This document shows positions 63,401 to 64,000 of a stretch of 64,000 nt of DNA, piece after piece. The DNA comes from Lama guanicoe (lineage: Eukaryota), in contig MU054220.1 in the NCBI GenBank assembly GCA_013239625.1, positions 6,556,626 through 6,620,625 on the forward strand. Direction: 5' to 3'. The translations under genes were made by a program, and so were the position numbers. The notes under the pieces are model-generated. The model did no database searches. It saw only the letters and a program-made list of their open reading frames with translations, and was not told the origin of the DNA. The stretch's first letter is position 1, and every line of letters starts with the position of its first letter.

Positions 63401-64000
63401 GGTATCCCTGTGACTGACACAAATTGCCATGTGAAATATGGGTCAGCATGCAACTGTGACTATTATTCTATTGCCCATCAGCAAACAGGAGATTTCATTA
63501 CAGCACAGCTCCCTGAAGATCTAAGAGAAAAATGATGTGGGTGAACCACAGAGAAATATTAGAGAGAAGGTGATGAAAAAGGGAGCTTTGGGGAGGTGGA
63601 GAGAGCAGAGTTGCGGCAAGGAAATGTGCATTAGACAGTGAATTATGCTTCAATTTTAATCGTTCCACCTACACTCCTTCTGGTCTCTCCATGTGGCTCA
63701 TTTTTGCTCTGACTTTTAAGTTAAGTAACTTGAAAGTATAAATTGGAGAGAATTTTGTTTGGGGGAGGGACTTAAAGTTAGGTGCCTGTATGGGGACTCA
63801 GAGGTCAGATTTAGGTGATTTCGGGTGATTTCATGTTATCAGCTGACAAACAGGCCTTTGAGTAAGTTCTTGCTCTGTAGGTGCCACACCTGTTTCCCAT
63901 CCCTATGGAAGGTCTTTGGCTCCGTTTACCAGCATTGTAGCTGCAGTTCAGGACCTGGGTATTTCAGAAACCCAACAGGTTTGCTCTCATTTGGCAAAGC

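Noticed and set aside
63228..63417. Poly-Lys/Arg ORFs
   Set aside because: Translations of the A29(GAA)7 tract
1..64000. All ORFs in the supplied track as genes
   Set aside because: All are 135 aa or shorter, many start at TTG/GTG, many lie in TEs or microsatellites, and none resembles a known protein; this is what non-coding mammalian DNA yields by chance

Overview
AT-rich, CpG-depleted mammalian non-coding DNA, either intronic or intergenic. Three tRNA-Ala-like SINEs and several artiodactyl-type L1 3' UTRs point to a camelid (camel, alpaca or llama); this is an inference from repeat recognition, not a database result. I recognise no protein-coding gene. The supplied ORFs are short, mostly have non-ATG starts or lie in repeats, and none resembles a protein I know. 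The window is a layered record of transposons: ancient MIR, L2 and L3/CR1; MaLR/ERVL LTRs (MLT1, MER68, MER74-like, LTR33-like); an ERV1-type solo LTR; MER5A, MADE2 and MER104-like DNA elements; L1M/L1MB fragments; and younger L1 and SINE copies. Repeat-poor blocks between them are candidate cis-regulatory DNA. I found no evidence for a novel biological system. The best second-look items are structural: an L1-inside-L1 fold-back containing a perfect 26-bp palindrome, a four-element nested insertion, an LTR splitting a MIR, an inverted SINE pair, perfect hairpins and a 17-bp tandem duplication. Repeat family names come from recall of consensus sequences, and boundaries of old elements are approximate (tens of bp).
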